This document shows positions 47,316-61,579 of a stretch of DNA of 64,000 nucleotides, one piece after another. Origin of the DNA: Escherichia phage vB_Eco_F25; sequence record OP870144.1. One strand, 5' to 3'. Numbering within the stretch: the first letter of the stretch is position 1; every line of letters starts with the position of its first letter. Made by a program: the position numbers and the translations under genes. The notes under the pieces were generated by a model. It saw only the letters and a program-made list of their open reading frames with translations, was not told the DNA's origin and did no database searches.

Positions 47316-49298
47316 ATGGCAAATACCCCTGTAAATTATCAATTAACAAGAACAGCAAATGCTATTCCCGAGATATTCGTCGGGGGTACATTTGCTGAAA
47401 TAAAACAAAACCTCATTGAATGGCTTAATGGTCAAAATGAATTTTTGGATTATGATTTTGAAGGCTCAAGATTAAACGTTCTGTGTGACCTTTTAGCTTA
47501 TAATACATTATACATTCAGCAGTTTGGTAATGCTGCCGTATATGAAAGCTTTATGCGTACTGCTAACTTACGTAGTTCAGTAGTTCAAGCGGCGCAAGAT
47601 AATGGATATTTACCTACTTCAAAATCAGCTGCTCAAACTGAAATTATGCTAACTTGTACAGACGCATTGAATAGAAATTACATTACTATTCCTCGTGGTA
47701 CTCGCTTTTTAGCATATGCAAAAGATACTTCTGTTAATCCTTATAACTTTGTCTCTACCGAAGATGTTATTGCTATTCGTGATAAAAATAACCAGTATTT
47801 TCCACGTTTAAAATTAGCCCAGGGACGTATAGTAAGAACTGAAATCATTTATGATAAATTAACACCTATTATCATTTATGACAAAAATATAGATAGAAAC
47901 CAAGTTAAACTATACGTTGATGGAGCAGAATGGATTAACTGGACAAGAAAGTCAATGGTTCATGCTGGTTCTACATCAACAATTTACTACATGCGTGAAA
48001 CTATTGATGGAAATACTGAATTTTATTTTGGTGAAGGTGAGATTTCTGTTAACGCGGCAGAAGGAGCATTGACCGCTAATTATATTGGAGGTCTTAAACC
48101 TACCCAGAACTCTACGATTGTTATTGAGTACATCAGTACTAACGGTGCAGATGCGAATGGTGCAGTCGGATTTTCATACGCAGATACATTAACAAATATA
48201 ACTGTCATCAATATTAACGAAAATCCAAATGATGACCCAGATTTTGTTGGGGCAGATGGCGGCGGCGATCCAGAAGATATTGAGCGTATTCGCGAATTGG
48301 GTACTATTAAACGCGAAACCCAGCAACGCTGCGTAACTGCAACCGACTATGATACATTCGTCTCAGAAAGATTCGGTTCTATTATTCAAGCGGTTCAGAC
48401 TTTCACTGATTCTACTAAACCTGGTTATGCATTTATTGCTGCTAAACCTAAATCAGGACTATATTTAACTACTGTACAACGTGAAGATATTAAAAATTAT
48501 CTAAAAGATTATAATTTAGCTCCTATTACACCATCAATTATTTCTCCTAATTATCTTTTTGTTAAGACTAATTTAAAAGTCACATATGCTTTAAATAAGC
48601 TGCAAGAATCAGAACAGTGGCTAGAAGGTCAAATAATTGATAAAATTGATCGTTATTATACCGAAGACGTAGAAATTTTTAATTCATCTTTCGCTAAATC
48701 TAAGATGTTGACATATGTAGATGATGCAGATCATTCTATTATTGGCTCATCGGCGACAATTCAGATGGTACGTGAAGTACAAAACTTCTATAAAACGCCT
48801 GAAGCGGGTATTAAATACAATAATCAAATAAAAGATCGTTCTATGGAATCTAATACGTTTTCATTTAATTCCGGACGAAAGGTTGTAAATCCTGATACTG
48901 GCTTAGAAGAAGATGTATTATATGACGTTCGTATAGTATCAACAGACCGAGATTCTAAAGGAATTGGTAAAGTTATTATTGGTCCATTTGCTTCGGGTGA
49001 TGTTACAGAAAATGAAAACATTCAGCCATATACAGGCAATGATTTTAATAAATTAGCAAGTTCCGATGGACGTGACAAATACTATGTTATCGGTGAAATA
49101 AATTATCCAGCTGACATGATTTATTGGAATATCGCTAAAATTAATTTAACATCTGATAAATTTGAGGTTCAGACTATTGAGCTATATTCTGATCCAATAG
49201 ACGATGTTATTTTCACGCGCGATGGTTCACTGATTGTATTTGAAAATGATTTACGTCCACAATACTTAACTATCGATTTGGAGCCTATATCACAATGA
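47316..49298 (+). CDS. 6: gp6 baseplate wedge protein
   Basis: 660 aa, same length and position as T4 gp6. Confidence 0.9.
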   Translation: MANTPVNYQLTRTANAIPEIFVGGTFAEIKQNLIEWLNGQNEFLDYDFEGSRLNVLCDLLAYNTLYIQQFGNAAVYESFMRTANLRSSVVQAAQDNGYLPTSKSAAQTEIMLTCTDALNRNYITIPRGTRFLAYAKDTSVNPYNFVSTEDVIAIRDKNNQYFPRLKLAQGRIVRTEIIYDKLTPIIIYDKNIDRNQVKLYVDGAEWINWTRKSMVHAGSTSTIYYMRETIDGNTEFYFGEGEISVNAAEGALTANYIGGLKPTQNSTIVIEYISTNGADANGAVGFSYADTLTNITVININENPNDDPDFVGADGGGDPEDIERIRELGTIKRETQQRCVTATDYDTFVSERFGSIIQAVQTFTDSTKPGYAFIAAKPKSGLYLTTVQREDIKNYLKDYNLAPITPSIISPNYLFVKTNLKVTYALNKLQESEQWLEGQIIDKIDRYYTEDVEIFNSSFAKSKMLTYVDDADHSIIGSSATIQMVREVQNFYKTPEAGIKYNNQIKDRSMESNTFSFNSGRKVVNPDTGLEEDVLYDVRIVSTDRDSKGIGKVIIGPFASGDVTENENIQPYTGNDFNKLASSDGRDKYYVIGEINYPADMIYWNIAKINLTSDKFEVQTIELYSDPIDDVIFTRDGSLIVFENDLRPQYLTIDLEPISQ

Positions 49299-52200
49299 CA
49301 GTAAAAGCACCTTCAGTCACTAGTCTCAGAATTTCCAAGTTATCCGCAAATCAGGTGCAAGTACGCTGGGATGACGTTGGTGCTAATTTCTACTATTTTG
49401 TAGAAATCGCTGAGACAAAAACAGACTCGGGGGAAAATCTCCCGAGTAATCAATACAGATGGATTAACTTAGGATATACTGCAAATAACAGCTTCTTTTT
49501 TGATGATGCTGACCCGTTGACATCATACATTATCAGAGTAGCTACTGCTGCGCAAGATTTTGAGCAGTCTGATTGGATTTATACCGAAGAGTTTGAAACT
49601 TTTGCTACAAATGCTTATACATTTCAAAACATGATTGAAATGCAATTAGCCAATAAATTCATTCAGGAAAAATTTACTCTTAATAATTCTGATTATGTTA
49701 ATTTTAACAATGACACTATAATGGCTGCGTTGATGAATGAATCATTTCAGTTCAGCCCATCATATGTTGACGTTTCATCAATAAGCAATTTTATTATTGG
49801 TGAAAATGAGTATCATGAAATACAAGGTTCTATTCAGCAAGTATGTAAGGATATTAACCGAGTTTATTTGATGGAATCAGAAGGGATTTTATACCTTTTT
49901 GAGCGTTATCAACCTGTAGTTAAAGTATCCAATGATAAAGGACAAACTTGGAAAGCTGTAAAGCTCTTCAATGACCGTGTAGGATATCCTTTATCTAAGA
50001 CAGTATATTACCAATCTGCGAACACAACATACGTTCTAGGATACGACAAGATTTTCTACGGCCGCAAATCTACTGATGTTAGATGGTCAGCTGATGATGT
50101 CAGATTTAGTTCGCAGGATATAACATTCGCTAAACTTGGCGACCAATTACATCTAGGATTTGATGTAGAAATTTTTGCCACTTACGCGACTTTGCCAGCT
50201 AATGTATACCGCATTGCAGAAGCTATTACTTGCACTGATGATTACATTTACGTTGTCGCCAGAGACAAAGTTAGATACATAAAAACGAGTAATGCACCTA
50301 TAGATTCTGACCCATTATCTCCAACATATTCGGAAAGACTTTTTGAACCTGATACTATGACTATAACTGGAAATCCTAAAGCAGTATGTTATAAAATGGA
50401 TTCTATTGGTGATAAAGTTTTTGCTCTTATTATTGGAGAAGTTGAAACATTAAATGCTAATCCTAGAACATCAAAAATAATTGATTCTGCTGATAAAGGA
50501 ATATATGTTTTAAATCATGACACGAAAACATGGAAAAGAGTTTTTGGCAACACTGAAGAAGAAAGAAGACGTATTCAACCGGGATATGCGAATATGTCAA
50601 CTGATGGTAAATTAGTTTCTCTATCTTCGAGTAATTTTAAATTTTTAAGTGATAATATTGTTAATGACCCTGAAACTGTGGTGAAGTATCAGTTAATCGG
50701 TGCTGTTAAATATGAATTTCCTCGTGAATGGCTAGCTGATAAGCATTATCATATGATGGCATTTATAGCAGATGAAAAATCTGATTGGGAAACTTTTACA
50801 CCTCAGCCGATGAAATACTATGCAGAACCATTCTTTAACTGGTCTAAAAAATCTAACACACGCTGTTGGATAAACAACTCTGATAGAGCTGTAGTAGTTT
50901 ATGCTGATTTAAAATACACCAAAGTTATAGAAAATATTCCGGAAACATCACCAGATAGATTAGTTCATGAATACTGGGATGATGGTGATTGTACGATAGT
51001 AATGCCAAATGTTAAATTCACGGGATTTAAAAAATACGCATCTGGGATGCTTTTTTATAAGTCTTCTGGTGAAATAATTTCTTACTATGATTTTAACTAT
51101 CGAGTGAGAGACACGGTTGAAATAATTTGGAAGCCAACTGGAATATTTTTAAAAGCATTTTTACAAAACCAAGAGCGTGAAACTCCTTGGTCCCCGGAAG
51201 AAGAGCATGGATTAGCTGATCCTGATTTAAGACCATTGATTGGCACAATGATGCCTGATTCTTATTTGCTACAGGATTCTAATTTTGAGGCATTCTGCGA
51301 AGCATATATTCAGTATCTTTCTGATGGATATGGAACTCAGTATAATAATTTACGAAATTTAATTCGTAACCAATATCCGCGAGAAGAGCACGCGTGGGAA
51401 TATTTGTGGTCAGAGATATATAAAAGAAACATTTATTTAAATGCTGATAAACGTGATGCTGTTGCAAGATTTTTTGAATCACGTAGCTATGATTTTTATT
51501 CTACTAAAGGAATTGAAGCATCATACAAGTTTCTTTTTAAAGTTCTTTATAATGAAGAAGTTGAAATTGAAATTGAATCTGGAGCTGGTACTGAATATGA
51601 TATAATCGTTCAATCTGATTCTTTGACCGAAGACTTAGTAGGACAAACGATTTATACAGCTACAGGAAGATGTAATGTTACTTATATAGAAAGAAGCTAT
51701 TCTAATGGTAAATTGCAATGGACCGTAACTATTCATAATCTTTTAGGAAGATTAATTGCCGGTCAAGAAGTTAAAGCAGAAAGACTCCCTAGTTTCGAAG
51801 GCGAAATTATTCGCGGGGTTAAAGGAAAGGATTTGCTTCAAAATAATATAGACTATATTAATAGAAGTAGATCATATTATGTAATGAAAATTAAATCCAA
51901 TTTACCTTCTTCCCGCTGGAAATCTGACGTTATTCGTTTTGTTCATCCAGTAGGATTTGGATTTATAGCAATTACTCTTTTAACAATGTTTATTAATGTT
52001 GGTTTAACTCTTAAACATACAGAGACTATAATTAATAAATACAAAAACTATAAATGGGATTCTGGATTGCCTACTGAATACGCTGATAGAGTAGCTAAAT
52101 TGACTCCAACCGGTGAAATTGAGCATGATTCAGTAACAGGCGAAGCAATTTATGAACCTGGCCCAATGGCTGGCGTAGAATATCCTCTTCCTGATGACTA

Positions 52201-52393
52201 TAATGCTGAAAATAATAATTCAATATTTCAAGGTCAATTGCCTTCTGAACGACGTAAATTAATGAGTCCTCTATTTGATGCATCTGGAACAACATTTGCA
52301 CAATTTAGGGATTTAGTTAATAAACGTCTAAAAGATAATATAGGAAATCCAAGAGACCCTGAAAATCCAACACAGGTTAAAATAGATGAATGA
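49295..52393 (+). CDS. 7: gp7 baseplate wedge initiator
   Basis: 1032 aa, same length as T4 gp7; ATG overlaps gp6 stop. Confidence 0.9.
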   Translation: MTVKAPSVTSLRISKLSANQVQVRWDDVGANFYYFVEIAETKTDSGENLPSNQYRWINLGYTANNSFFFDDADPLTSYIIRVATAAQDFEQSDWIYTEEFETFATNAYTFQNMIEMQLANKFIQEKFTLNNSDYVNFNNDTIMAALMNESFQFSPSYVDVSSISNFIIGENEYHEIQGSIQQVCKDINRVYLMESEGILYLFERYQPVVKVSNDKGQTWKAVKLFNDRVGYPLSKTVYYQSANTTYVLGYDKIFYGRKSTDVRWSADDVRFSSQDITFAKLGDQLHLGFDVEIFATYATLPANVYRIAEAITCTDDYIYVVARDKVRYIKTSNAPIDSDPLSPTYSERLFEPDTMTITGNPKAVCYKMDSIGDKVFALIIGEVETLNANPRTSKIIDSADKGIYVLNHDTKTWKRVFGNTEEERRRIQPGYANMSTDGKLVSLSSSNFKFLSDNIVNDPETVVKYQLIGAVKYEFPREWLADKHYHMMAFIADEKSDWETFTPQPMKYYAEPFFNWSKKSNTRCWINNSDRAVVVYADLKYTKVIENIPETSPDRLVHEYWDDGDCTIVMPNVKFTGFKKYASGMLFYKSSGEIISYYDFNYRVRDTVEIIWKPTGIFLKAFLQNQERETPWSPEEEHGLADPDLRPLIGTMMPDSYLLQDSNFEAFCEAYIQYLSDGYGTQYNNLRNLIRNQYPREEHAWEYLWSEIYKRNIYLNADKRDAVARFFESRSYDFYSTKGIEASYKFLFKVLYNEEVEIEIESGAGTEYDIIVQSDSLTEDLVGQTIYTATGRCNVTYIERSYSNGKLQWTVTIHNLLGRLIAGQEVKAERLPSFEGEIIRGVKGKDLLQNNIDYINRSRSYYVMKIKSNLPSSRWKSDVIRFVHPVGFGFIAITLLTMFINVGLTLKHTETIINKYKNYKWDSGLPTEYADRVAKLTPTGEIEHDSVTGEAIYEPGPMAGVEYPLPDDYNAENNNSIFQGQLPSERRKLMSPLFDASGTTFAQFRDLVNKRLKDNIGNPRDPENPTQVKIDE

Positions 52394-53390
52394 TTCAAGT
52401 GTTATCTATCGTGCGATAGTTACTTCAAAATTTAGAACAGAAAAAATGTTGAATTTTTATAATTCAATTGGAAGTGGTCCGGATAAAAACACTATCTTTA
52501 TTACATTTGGAAGATCAGAACCGTGGTCATCAAACGAAAATGAGGTGGGATTTGCCCCACCTTATCCCACCGATTCTGTGTTAGGTGTAACTGACATGTG
52601 GACTCATATGATGGGAACCGTGAAGGTTCTTCCATCTATGCTTGATGCAGTTATTCCTCGTCGTGATTGGGGAGATACTAGATATCCGGATCCATACACA
52701 TTTAGAATTAACGATATTGTAGTGTGTAACTCAGCTCCTTACAACGCTACCGAATCAGGCGCAGGCTGGTTAGTATATCGTTGTTTAGATGTTCCTGATA
52801 CCGGAATGTGTTCAATTGAGTCTTTAACTAATAAGGATGAATGCCTTAAGTTAGGTGGAAAATGGACTCCTTCTGTTAGGTCAATGACTCCTCCTGAAGG
52901 TCGAGGAGACGCGGAAGGAACAATCGAACCTGGAGACGGGTATGTATGGGAATATCTTTTTGAGATTCCGCCTGATGTATCTATAAACAGATGCACGAAT
53001 GAATATATCGTGGTTCCTTGGCCTGAGGAATTAAAAGAAGATCCGACTAGATGGGGGTATGAAGATAACCTCACTTGGCAGCAAGATGATTTTGGATTAA
53101 TTTACCGGGTTAAGGCAAATACTATTCGTTTTAAAGCATACTTAGATTCAGTTTATTTTCCTGAAGCTGCATTGCCAGGAAATAAAGGATTTAGACAAAT
53201 ATCGATAATCACGAATCCTCTTGAAGCTAAAGTTCATCCAAATGACCCAAACGTTAAAGCTGAAAAGGATTACTATGATCCGGAAGATTTAATGAGGCAT
53301 TCGGGCGAAATGATTTATATGGAAAATAGGCCACCTATTATTATGGCAATGGATCAAACGGAAGAAATCAATATTCTGTTTACATTTTAA
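52386..53390 (+). CDS. 8: gp8 baseplate wedge protein
   Basis: 334 aa, same length as T4 gp8. Confidence 0.9.
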   Translation: MNDSSVIYRAIVTSKFRTEKMLNFYNSIGSGPDKNTIFITFGRSEPWSSNENEVGFAPPYPTDSVLGVTDMWTHMMGTVKVLPSMLDAVIPRRDWGDTRYPDPYTFRINDIVVCNSAPYNATESGAGWLVYRCLDVPDTGMCSIESLTNKDECLKLGGKWTPSVRSMTPPEGRGDAEGTIEPGDGYVWEYLFEIPPDVSINRCTNEYIVVPWPEELKEDPTRWGYEDNLTWQQDDFGLIYRVKANTIRFKAYLDSVYFPEAALPGNKGFRQISIITNPLEAKVHPNDPNVKAEKDYYDPEDLMRHSGEMIYMENRPPIIMAMDQTEEINILFTF

Positions 53391-53396
53391 ATTAAG

Positions 53397-53420
53397 GGAG
53401 CCCATGGGCTCCCTTTTTCT
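53397..53420 (+). terminator. rho-independent terminator after gene 8
   Basis: GGGAGCCC-ATG-GGCTCCC hairpin followed by TTTTTCTTT. Confidence 0.65.
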
Positions 53421-53421
53421 T

Positions 53422-53429
53422 TATAAATA
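53422..53429 (+). promoter_or_regulatory. late promoter TATAAATA upstream of gene 9
   Basis: Exact TATAAATA about 25 nt upstream of the gene 9 ATG. Confidence 0.6.
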
Positions 53430-53453
53430 CTATAAACTCATAAGGAAACCGCT

Positions 53454-54320
53454 ATGTTCATTCAAGAACCAAAGAAATTGATTGATACCGGCGAAATTGG
53501 TAACGCTTCTACTGGTGATATCTTATTCGACGGTGGTAATAAAATTAATAGTGATTTTAATGCAATTTATAACGCGTTTGGCGATCAGCGTAAAATGGCA
53601 GTAGCAAATGGTACTGGTGCTGACGGCCAAATTATCCATGCTACTGGATATTATCAAAAGCATTCTATCACAGAGTACGCAACTCCGGTGAAAGTTGGTA
53701 CTAGACATGATATTGATACCTCTGCTGTAGGTGTTAAAGTTATCATTGAAAGAGGCGAACTTGGTGATTGCGTTGAATTTATTAACTCAAATGGATCTAT
53801 ATCAGTTACCAATCCTTTAACGATTCAAGCGATTGATTCAATTAAAGGTGTTTCAGGTAATTTGGTAGTAACTAGCCCATATAGTAAAGTTACTTTACGT
53901 TGTATTTCATCTGATAATTCTACGTCAGTTTGGAATTATTCTATTGAAAGTATGTTTGGCCAAAAGGAATCACCGGCTGAAGGTACATGGAATATTTCTA
54001 CATCCGGATCAGTTGACATTCCATTATTTCATCGTACTGAATATAACATGGCTAAATTGTTAGTTACTTGCCAATCGGTAGATGGAAGAAAAATTAAAAC
54101 AGCAGAAATAAATATTCTTGTAGATACTGTTAATTCAACGGTCATTTCTTCTGAATATGCTGTCATGCGGGTTGGGAATGAAACCGAAGAAGACGAAATC
54201 GCTAATATTGCATTTAGTATTAAAGAAAATTATGTAACGGCGACTATAAGTTCTTCAACTGTCGGTATGAGAGCAGCAGTTAAAGTTATCGCTACGCAGA
54301 AAATCGGGGTGGCTCAATAA
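53454..54320 (+). CDS. 9: gp9 baseplate protein (long tail fibre socket)
   Basis: 288 aa, same length as T4 gp9; N-terminus MFIQEPKKLIDTGEIGNASTGDILFDGGNKINSDF. Confidence 0.9.
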   Translation: MFIQEPKKLIDTGEIGNASTGDILFDGGNKINSDFNAIYNAFGDQRKMAVANGTGADGQIIHATGYYQKHSITEYATPVKVGTRHDIDTSAVGVKVIIERGELGDCVEFINSNGSISVTNPLTIQAIDSIKGVSGNLVVTSPYSKVTLRCISSDNSTSVWNYSIESMFGQKESPAEGTWNISTSGSVDIPLFHRTEYNMAKLLVTCQSVDGRKIKTAEINILVDTVNSTVISSEYAVMRVGNETEEDEIANIAFSIKENYVTATISSSTVGMRAAVKVIATQKIGVAQ

Positions 54321-56125
54321 TGAAACAAAATATTAATATCGGTAATGTTGTTGATGATGGTACCGGTGACTACCTGCGTAAAGGTGGTATAAAAATAAAT
54401 GAAAACTTTGATGAACTTTATTATGAACTTGGTGATGGAGATGTTCCATATTCAGCCGGTGCCTGGAAAACTTATGATGCTTCATCTGGACAAACACTAA
54501 CGGCAGAATGGGGAAAATCATACGCTATTAATACCTCTTCTGGAAGAGTAACTCTACAACTTCCTAAAGGAACTGTTAATGATTACAACAAGGTAATTAG
54601 AGCTAGAGACGTATTCGCTACATGGAACATCAATCCAGTTACTTTAGTAGCTGCTTCCGGAGATACAATTAAAGGGTCGTCATCGTCAGTTGAAATTAAT
54701 ATTCAATTTAGTGATTTAGAGCTCGTTTATTGCGCTCCAGGACGTTGGGAATATGTCAAAAATAAACAAATTGACAAAATTATTAGTTCAGATATTAGTA
54801 ATGTAGCTCGCAAAGAATTTTTAGTCGAAGTTCAAGGGCAAACAGACTTTTTAGATGTTTTCAATGGAACTAGTTATAATGTCAATAACATCAGAGTAAA
54901 ACATCGTGGTAACGAATTGTATTACGGTGATGTATTTAGCGAAAATAGTGACTTTGGCTCTCCGGGCGAAAATGAAGGCGAATTAGTTCCTCTTGATGGA
55001 TTTAATATTCGATTAAGACAGCCTTGTAATATTGGTGACACCGTTCAAATTGAAACATTTATGGATGGTGTATCACAATGGAGAAGTTCATATACAAGAC
55101 GCCAAATAAAAGTACTAGATTCAAAACTAACATCAAAGACTTCTTTAGAAGGAAGCATTTATGTTACTGATTTATCGGCGATGAAATCAATTCCATTTTC
55201 TGCATTTGGATTAATTCCTGGTGAACCCATTAATCCTAATTCTCTTGAGGTTCGTTTTAATGGAATTTTACAGCAGCAGGCTGGAACCGCTGGATATCCT
55301 CTGTTTTTGTGTGAAGGCGCTAGTTCAGATACGCGAGAAGGTTGTATATCTCTTGGTGGTGAATGGAAAGAATCAAACACAGATTATTCTATAGAATATG
55401 AAGATGGAAAACCTACCAATCTTTTATTTGATAGAAAATTTGAATCAGGTGATATAATCGTTATAACGTGGTTCAATAATGATTTAGGAACTCTTTTAGA
55501 AAAAGATGACATTATTGAATTAACGGATGACCGTTATGTTAGCAAAGGATCATCTACCGAAGTTACTGGTGATGTAGCCTTAACAGATTTTGATAAAATC
55601 GGTTGGCCAAATGTTGAAAAAGTTGATTCTTATACTAGAATGTATAATTCAATATCATCTATTTTCGACAGCATTTATCCTGTTGGTTCAATTTATGAAA
55701 ATGCTATAAATCCAAATAATCCGGTGACTTATATGGGATTTGGTTCATGGAAATTATTTGGTAAAGGACAAGTTTTAGTAGGATGGAATGATGATGTTAC
55801 GGATCCAAACTTTGCTTTAAACAATAATGATTTAGATTCTAGCGGAAATCCTTCACATACTGCCGGTGGAACAGTTGGAACAACATCAGTAACACTTGAG
55901 AATGCAAATCTTCCTGCGACTAAAACCGATGAAAGAGTTTTAATTGAAGACGAAAACGGATCAGTTATTATTGGAGGTTGCCAATATGACCCAGATGAAA
56001 CTGGTCCTATATATACAAAATACCGTGAAGACTACGCAACAACAAACTCTTCACATACTCCTCCTGCTAATATTAGTAATATTCAACCGTCTATTACTGT
56101 ATACCGTTGGATAAGGATTGCATAA
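54320..56125 (+). CDS. 10: gp10 baseplate wedge protein (short tail fibre attachment)
   Basis: 601 aa; N-terminus [40 protein letters not shown]. Confidence 0.9.
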   Translation: MKQNINIGNVVDDGTGDYLRKGGIKINENFDELYYELGDGDVPYSAGAWKTYDASSGQTLTAEWGKSYAINTSSGRVTLQLPKGTVNDYNKVIRARDVFATWNINPVTLVAASGDTIKGSSSSVEINIQFSDLELVYCAPGRWEYVKNKQIDKIISSDISNVARKEFLVEVQGQTDFLDVFNGTSYNVNNIRVKHRGNELYYGDVFSENSDFGSPGENEGELVPLDGFNIRLRQPCNIGDTVQIETFMDGVSQWRSSYTRRQIKVLDSKLTSKTSLEGSIYVTDLSAMKSIPFSAFGLIPGEPINPNSLEVRFNGILQQQAGTAGYPLFLCEGASSDTREGCISLGGEWKESNTDYSIEYEDGKPTNLLFDRKFESGDIIVITWFNNDLGTLLEKDDIIELTDDRYVSKGSSTEVTGDVALTDFDKIGWPNVEKVDSYTRMYNSISSIFDSIYPVGSIYENAINPNNPVTYMGFGSWKLFGKGQVLVGWNDDVTDPNFALNNNDLDSSGNPSHTAGGTVGTTSVTLENANLPATKTDERVLIEDENGSVIIGGCQYDPDETGPIYTKYREDYATTNSSHTPPANISNIQPSITVYRWIRIA

Positions 56126-56784
56126 TGAGTTTACTTAATAATAAAGCGGGAGTTATTTCCCGCTTAGCAGATTTTCTTGGTTTTAGAACTAAGAAAAATG
56201 ATATTTCGGTTATGAATAATCAGCCAGTAGGTGCTGTAACAATTTCACAAATAGCAAAAGGTTTTTATGACCCAAATGTAGAATCTGCTATCAATGATGT
56301 TAGAAATATGGCAGAGCAACAAGTTGGAGCTGTATTAGTTAATATAAGCGGTGTATCTCCTACTGGCGTGCAGCAAACAGACTATTGGTCATTTGAAGGA
56401 ACTGTCAATGATACTTCAGCCAAACCAGGTGACCCAGTTATTGTTAACATGTTTGGCATTCCTGTTAAAGCTACTAACGGAATGACTTCAATCGAATTTA
56501 CCAGTGCCGTTAGAACAGCTCTGCAGGAAATGGTTGCAAAATTTATTGCAATTGATTCATTTGAAGACCATCCTACCATAGGAAATAAAATACAAGTTAA
56601 GTATTTAGATAACCAAGAACATATCTTAGAACAATACTCTGATAAAGGAATTACTTTCAAACAAGAAATAATTTCTCCTTCTAAACCTGGATACGGAACT
56701 TGGCAATTATTAGGTGCGCAAACTGTCACGCTAGATAGTCACACACAACCTACGGTATTTTATTATTTTGAGAGAATAGCATGA
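56125..56784 (+). CDS. 11: gp11 baseplate wedge / short tail fibre connector
   Basis: 219 aa from ATG at 56125 ([20 protein letters not shown]); gp10 stop overlaps (TAATG); track start is a TTG artefact. Confidence 0.9.
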   Translation: MSLLNNKAGVISRLADFLGFRTKKNDISVMNNQPVGAVTISQIAKGFYDPNVESAINDVRNMAEQQVGAVLVNISGVSPTGVQQTDYWSFEGTVNDTSAKPGDPVIVNMFGIPVKATNGMTSIEFTSAVRTALQEMVAKFIAIDSFEDHPTIGNKIQVKYLDNQEHILEQYSDKGITFKQEIISPSKPGYGTWQLLGAQTVTLDSHTQPTVFYYFERIA

Positions 56785-58337
56785 GTAACAATACATATCA
56801 GCACGTATCAAATGAATCAAAATATGTTAAATTCGATCCAGTAGGATCGAATTTTCCTGACACTGTCACGACAGTGCAGTCTGCATTATCAAAAATAAGT
56901 AATATCGGCGTAAATGGTATTCCTGATGCAACTATGGAAGTTAAAGGAATAGCAATGATTGCGTCAGAGCAAGAAGTTTTAGATGGAACTAATAATTCTA
57001 AAATCGTTACGCCAGCTACATTAGCAACAAGATTACTATATCCAAATGCTACTGAAACTAAATATGGTTTAACGCGTTATTCAACAAATGAAGAAACATT
57101 AGAAGGCTCAGATAATAATTCATCAATAACGCCGCAAAAACTGAAATACCACACTGACGATGTGTTCCAAAATAGATATTCGTCTGAGTCATCAAACGGG
57201 GTTATTAAAATATCATCTACACCTGCAGCTTTAGCTGGAGTTGATGATACTACGGCAATGACTCCATTAAAAACACAAAAACTTGCAATAAAATTAATTT
57301 CACAAATAGCTCCTTCCGAAGATACTGCATCAGAATCTGTGAGAGGTGTAGTTCAATTATCTACTGTTGCGCAAACTCGTCAAGGAACTCTCCGCGAAGG
57401 ATATGCAATTTCTCCGTATACCTTTATGAATTCTGTTGCAACACAAGAATATAAGGGTGTTATACGTTTAGGAACACAATCGGAAATTAACAGTAATTTG
57501 GGAGATGTTGCAGTAACGGGCGAAACACTAAATGGTCGAGGAGCTACTGGTTCTATGCGTGGAGTAGTTAAATTAACGACGCAAGCCGGTATTGCCCCTG
57601 AAGGTGATAGCTCTGGAGCATTAGCATGGAACGCAGATGTAATTAATACTCGTGGTGGACAAACTATTAATGGTTCTTTAAATTTAGACCATCTTACAGC
57701 AAATGGAATTTGGTCACGCGGCGGTATGTGGAAAAATGGCGATCAACCTGTTGCCACTGAAAGATATGCGTCCGAAAGGGTTCCAGTTGGAACTATTATG
57801 ATGTTTGCGGGTGATTCAGCACCTCCGGGTTGGGTTATGTGCCACGGCGGAACCGTGTCAGGAGATCAATATCCTGATTATAGAAACACAGTTGGAACAA
57901 GATTTGGTGGTGATTGGAATAACCCTGGCATTCCTGATATGCGAGGTCTTTTCGTCAGAGGAGCTGGCACAGGAGGTCATATTTTAAATCAACGAGGACA
58001 AGATGGTTACGGGAAGGATAGACTTGGTGTAGGATGTGACGGAATGCATGTTGGTGGTGTTCAGGCACAACAAATGTCATACCATAAACATGTTGGTGCC
58101 TGGGGGGAAAATGGAAATAACAGAGGTTATGCACCGTTTGGCGCATCTAATGGCAGTGGATATTTAGGCAATGGTAGAAGCGCCGACTGGGACAACCATT
58201 TGTTCTTTACTAACGACGGATTTGAAATGGGTGGTGCTCGTGACTCGTTTGGCACGTTAAACCGTGAAGGATTAATTGGTTATGAAACTAGACCATGGAA
58301 TATATCATTAAACTATATTATTAAAATTCATTACTAA
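56781..58337 (+). CDS. 12: gp12 short tail fibre
   Basis: 518 aa; N-terminus [20 protein letters not shown] and conserved HKH motif [12 protein letters not shown]. Confidence 0.9.
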   Translation: MSNNTYQHVSNESKYVKFDPVGSNFPDTVTTVQSALSKISNIGVNGIPDATMEVKGIAMIASEQEVLDGTNNSKIVTPATLATRLLYPNATETKYGLTRYSTNEETLEGSDNNSSITPQKLKYHTDDVFQNRYSSESSNGVIKISSTPAALAGVDDTTAMTPLKTQKLAIKLISQIAPSEDTASESVRGVVQLSTVAQTRQGTLREGYAISPYTFMNSVATQEYKGVIRLGTQSEINSNLGDVAVTGETLNGRGATGSMRGVVKLTTQAGIAPEGDSSGALAWNADVINTRGGQTINGSLNLDHLTANGIWSRGGMWKNGDQPVATERYASERVPVGTIMMFAGDSAPPGWVMCHGGTVSGDQYPDYRNTVGTRFGGDWNNPGIPDMRGLFVRGAGTGGHILNQRGQDGYGKDRLGVGCDGMHVGGVQAQQMSYHKHVGAWGENGNNRGYAPFGASNGSGYLGNGRSADWDNHLFFTNDGFEMGGARDSFGTLNREGLIGYETRPWNISLNYIIKIHY

Positions 58338-58346
58338 GGATTACAA

Positions 58347-59804
58347 ATGATTGAATTAAAAGAGTTACCTTTTGTTGATAGCGTTCCTGGCGAAGGCCAG
58401 GAACGTATTTCATGGATTAAAAACGGTGAAGAAATACTAGGAGCTAGTACTAAGTATGGAAGCGATGGGTCAATGAATAGACCAACTGTTTCCGTGTTTA
58501 AAAATGTCGAGGTTCTCGATGAAAATGTAGGAATTCTTAAAACTGCCATTGAAACATCTCAGGAAGATATTAAAACCATTCAAGGCATTTTAGATGTATC
58601 AGGAGATATAGAAGCGCTATCACAGATCAGTGTTAATAAAAATGATATATCAAATTTAAAGACACTCACGAATGAACATACTGATATATTAAATGGCACA
58701 AATACTACGGTTGATAATATTCTTTCTGATATTGGTCCATTTAATTCGCAAGCAAATTCAGTTTATAGAACGATTAGAAATGATTTATTATGGATTAAAA
58801 GGGAATTAGGACAATATGCTGGGCAAGACATTAATGGTCTTCCTGTTGTAGGAAATAGCAGCACGGGTATGAAGCACCGCATCATTAATAATACAGATGC
58901 TATAACTTCCCAAGGAATACGTCTAAGTGATTTGGAAGAAAAATTTATTGAATCTGATGTAGGTTCACTGACAATTGAAGTCGGAAATCTTAGACAAGAA
59001 CTTGGACAAAGACCATCTTCATTCAGTGAAAGCATATATTCACGTGTTCATAATTTAGATCAATCGCAGATTAATCTTAGTTCCGAAATTAAATCTATCA
59101 AAACTTCTATTGGATATCCAGGAAATACTTCAATAATCACAGATGTTAACACTAATACGCGAGAAATTTCAGCTTTAAATGATGAACTAAATAAAAGCGG
59201 AGGTATTAAACAACGATTGACTGTCATTGAAACATCAATTGGCTCAGATGATATTCCTTCTAGTATTAAAGGTCAAATTAAAGATAATACCACATCAATT
59301 GAGTTTTTAAATGGAATTGTTGGTGAAAACACTTCATCTGGACTACGAGCAAACGTTTCATGGCTAAACCAAATCGTTGGAACTGATTCTAGTGGAGGTC
59401 AGCCTTCTCCTCCTGGGTCTCTTTTAAATAGGGTTTCAACTGTTGAAACTTCAGTTAATAGACTGAACAATGATGTTCAAAACTTACAAGTTGAAATTGG
59501 TAATAACACTACTGGAATTAAAGGCCAAGTTGTTGCACTAAATAAACTAGTAAGCGGCACAAATCCAAATGGTTCAACGGTAGAAGAGCGCGGATTAACT
59601 AATTCAATAAAAGCTAATGAAACTAACATTTCTTCTATTAATCAAGAAATGCGTAGTATTAAAAGTAATGTATCTTCATTACAGGGGGATGTTCAGACTT
59701 TACAGGAAGCAGGTTATATCCCTGAAGCTCCAAAAGATGGCCAAGCTTACGTTCGTAAAGACGGCGAATGGGTACTACTTTCTACCTTTTTATCACCAGC
59801 ATAA
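58347..59804 (+). CDS. wac: fibritin (whisker antigen control) with C-terminal foldon
   Basis: 485 aa; coiled-coil body; C-terminal foldon [27 protein letters not shown]. Confidence 0.95.
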   Translation: MIELKELPFVDSVPGEGQERISWIKNGEEILGASTKYGSDGSMNRPTVSVFKNVEVLDENVGILKTAIETSQEDIKTIQGILDVSGDIEALSQISVNKNDISNLKTLTNEHTDILNGTNTTVDNILSDIGPFNSQANSVYRTIRNDLLWIKRELGQYAGQDINGLPVVGNSSTGMKHRIINNTDAITSQGIRLSDLEEKFIESDVGSLTIEVGNLRQELGQRPSSFSESIYSRVHNLDQSQINLSSEIKSIKTSIGYPGNTSIITDVNTNTREISALNDELNKSGGIKQRLTVIETSIGSDDIPSSIKGQIKDNTTSIEFLNGIVGENTSSGLRANVSWLNQIVGTDSSGGQPSPPGSLLNRVSTVETSVNRLNNDVQNLQVEIGNNTTGIKGQVVALNKLVSGTNPNGSTVEERGLTNSIKANETNISSINQEMRSIKSNVSSLQGDVQTLQEAGYIPEAPKDGQAYVRKDGEWVLLSTFLSPA

Positions 59805-59805
59805 C

Positions 59806-59821
59806 ATGGGGCCGCAAGGCC
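59806..59821 (+). terminator. hairpin after wac (possible terminator)
   Basis: GGGGCC-GCAA-GGCCCC hairpin; T-tract displaced by a few nt. Confidence 0.45.
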
Positions 59822-59836
59822 CCAAAGGATTTTTAA

Positions 59837-61538
<1,702 letters not shown>

Positions 61539-61579
61539 TAAATATTATAAACTAATTAAAGCCCAGATTAGGAGAAATC

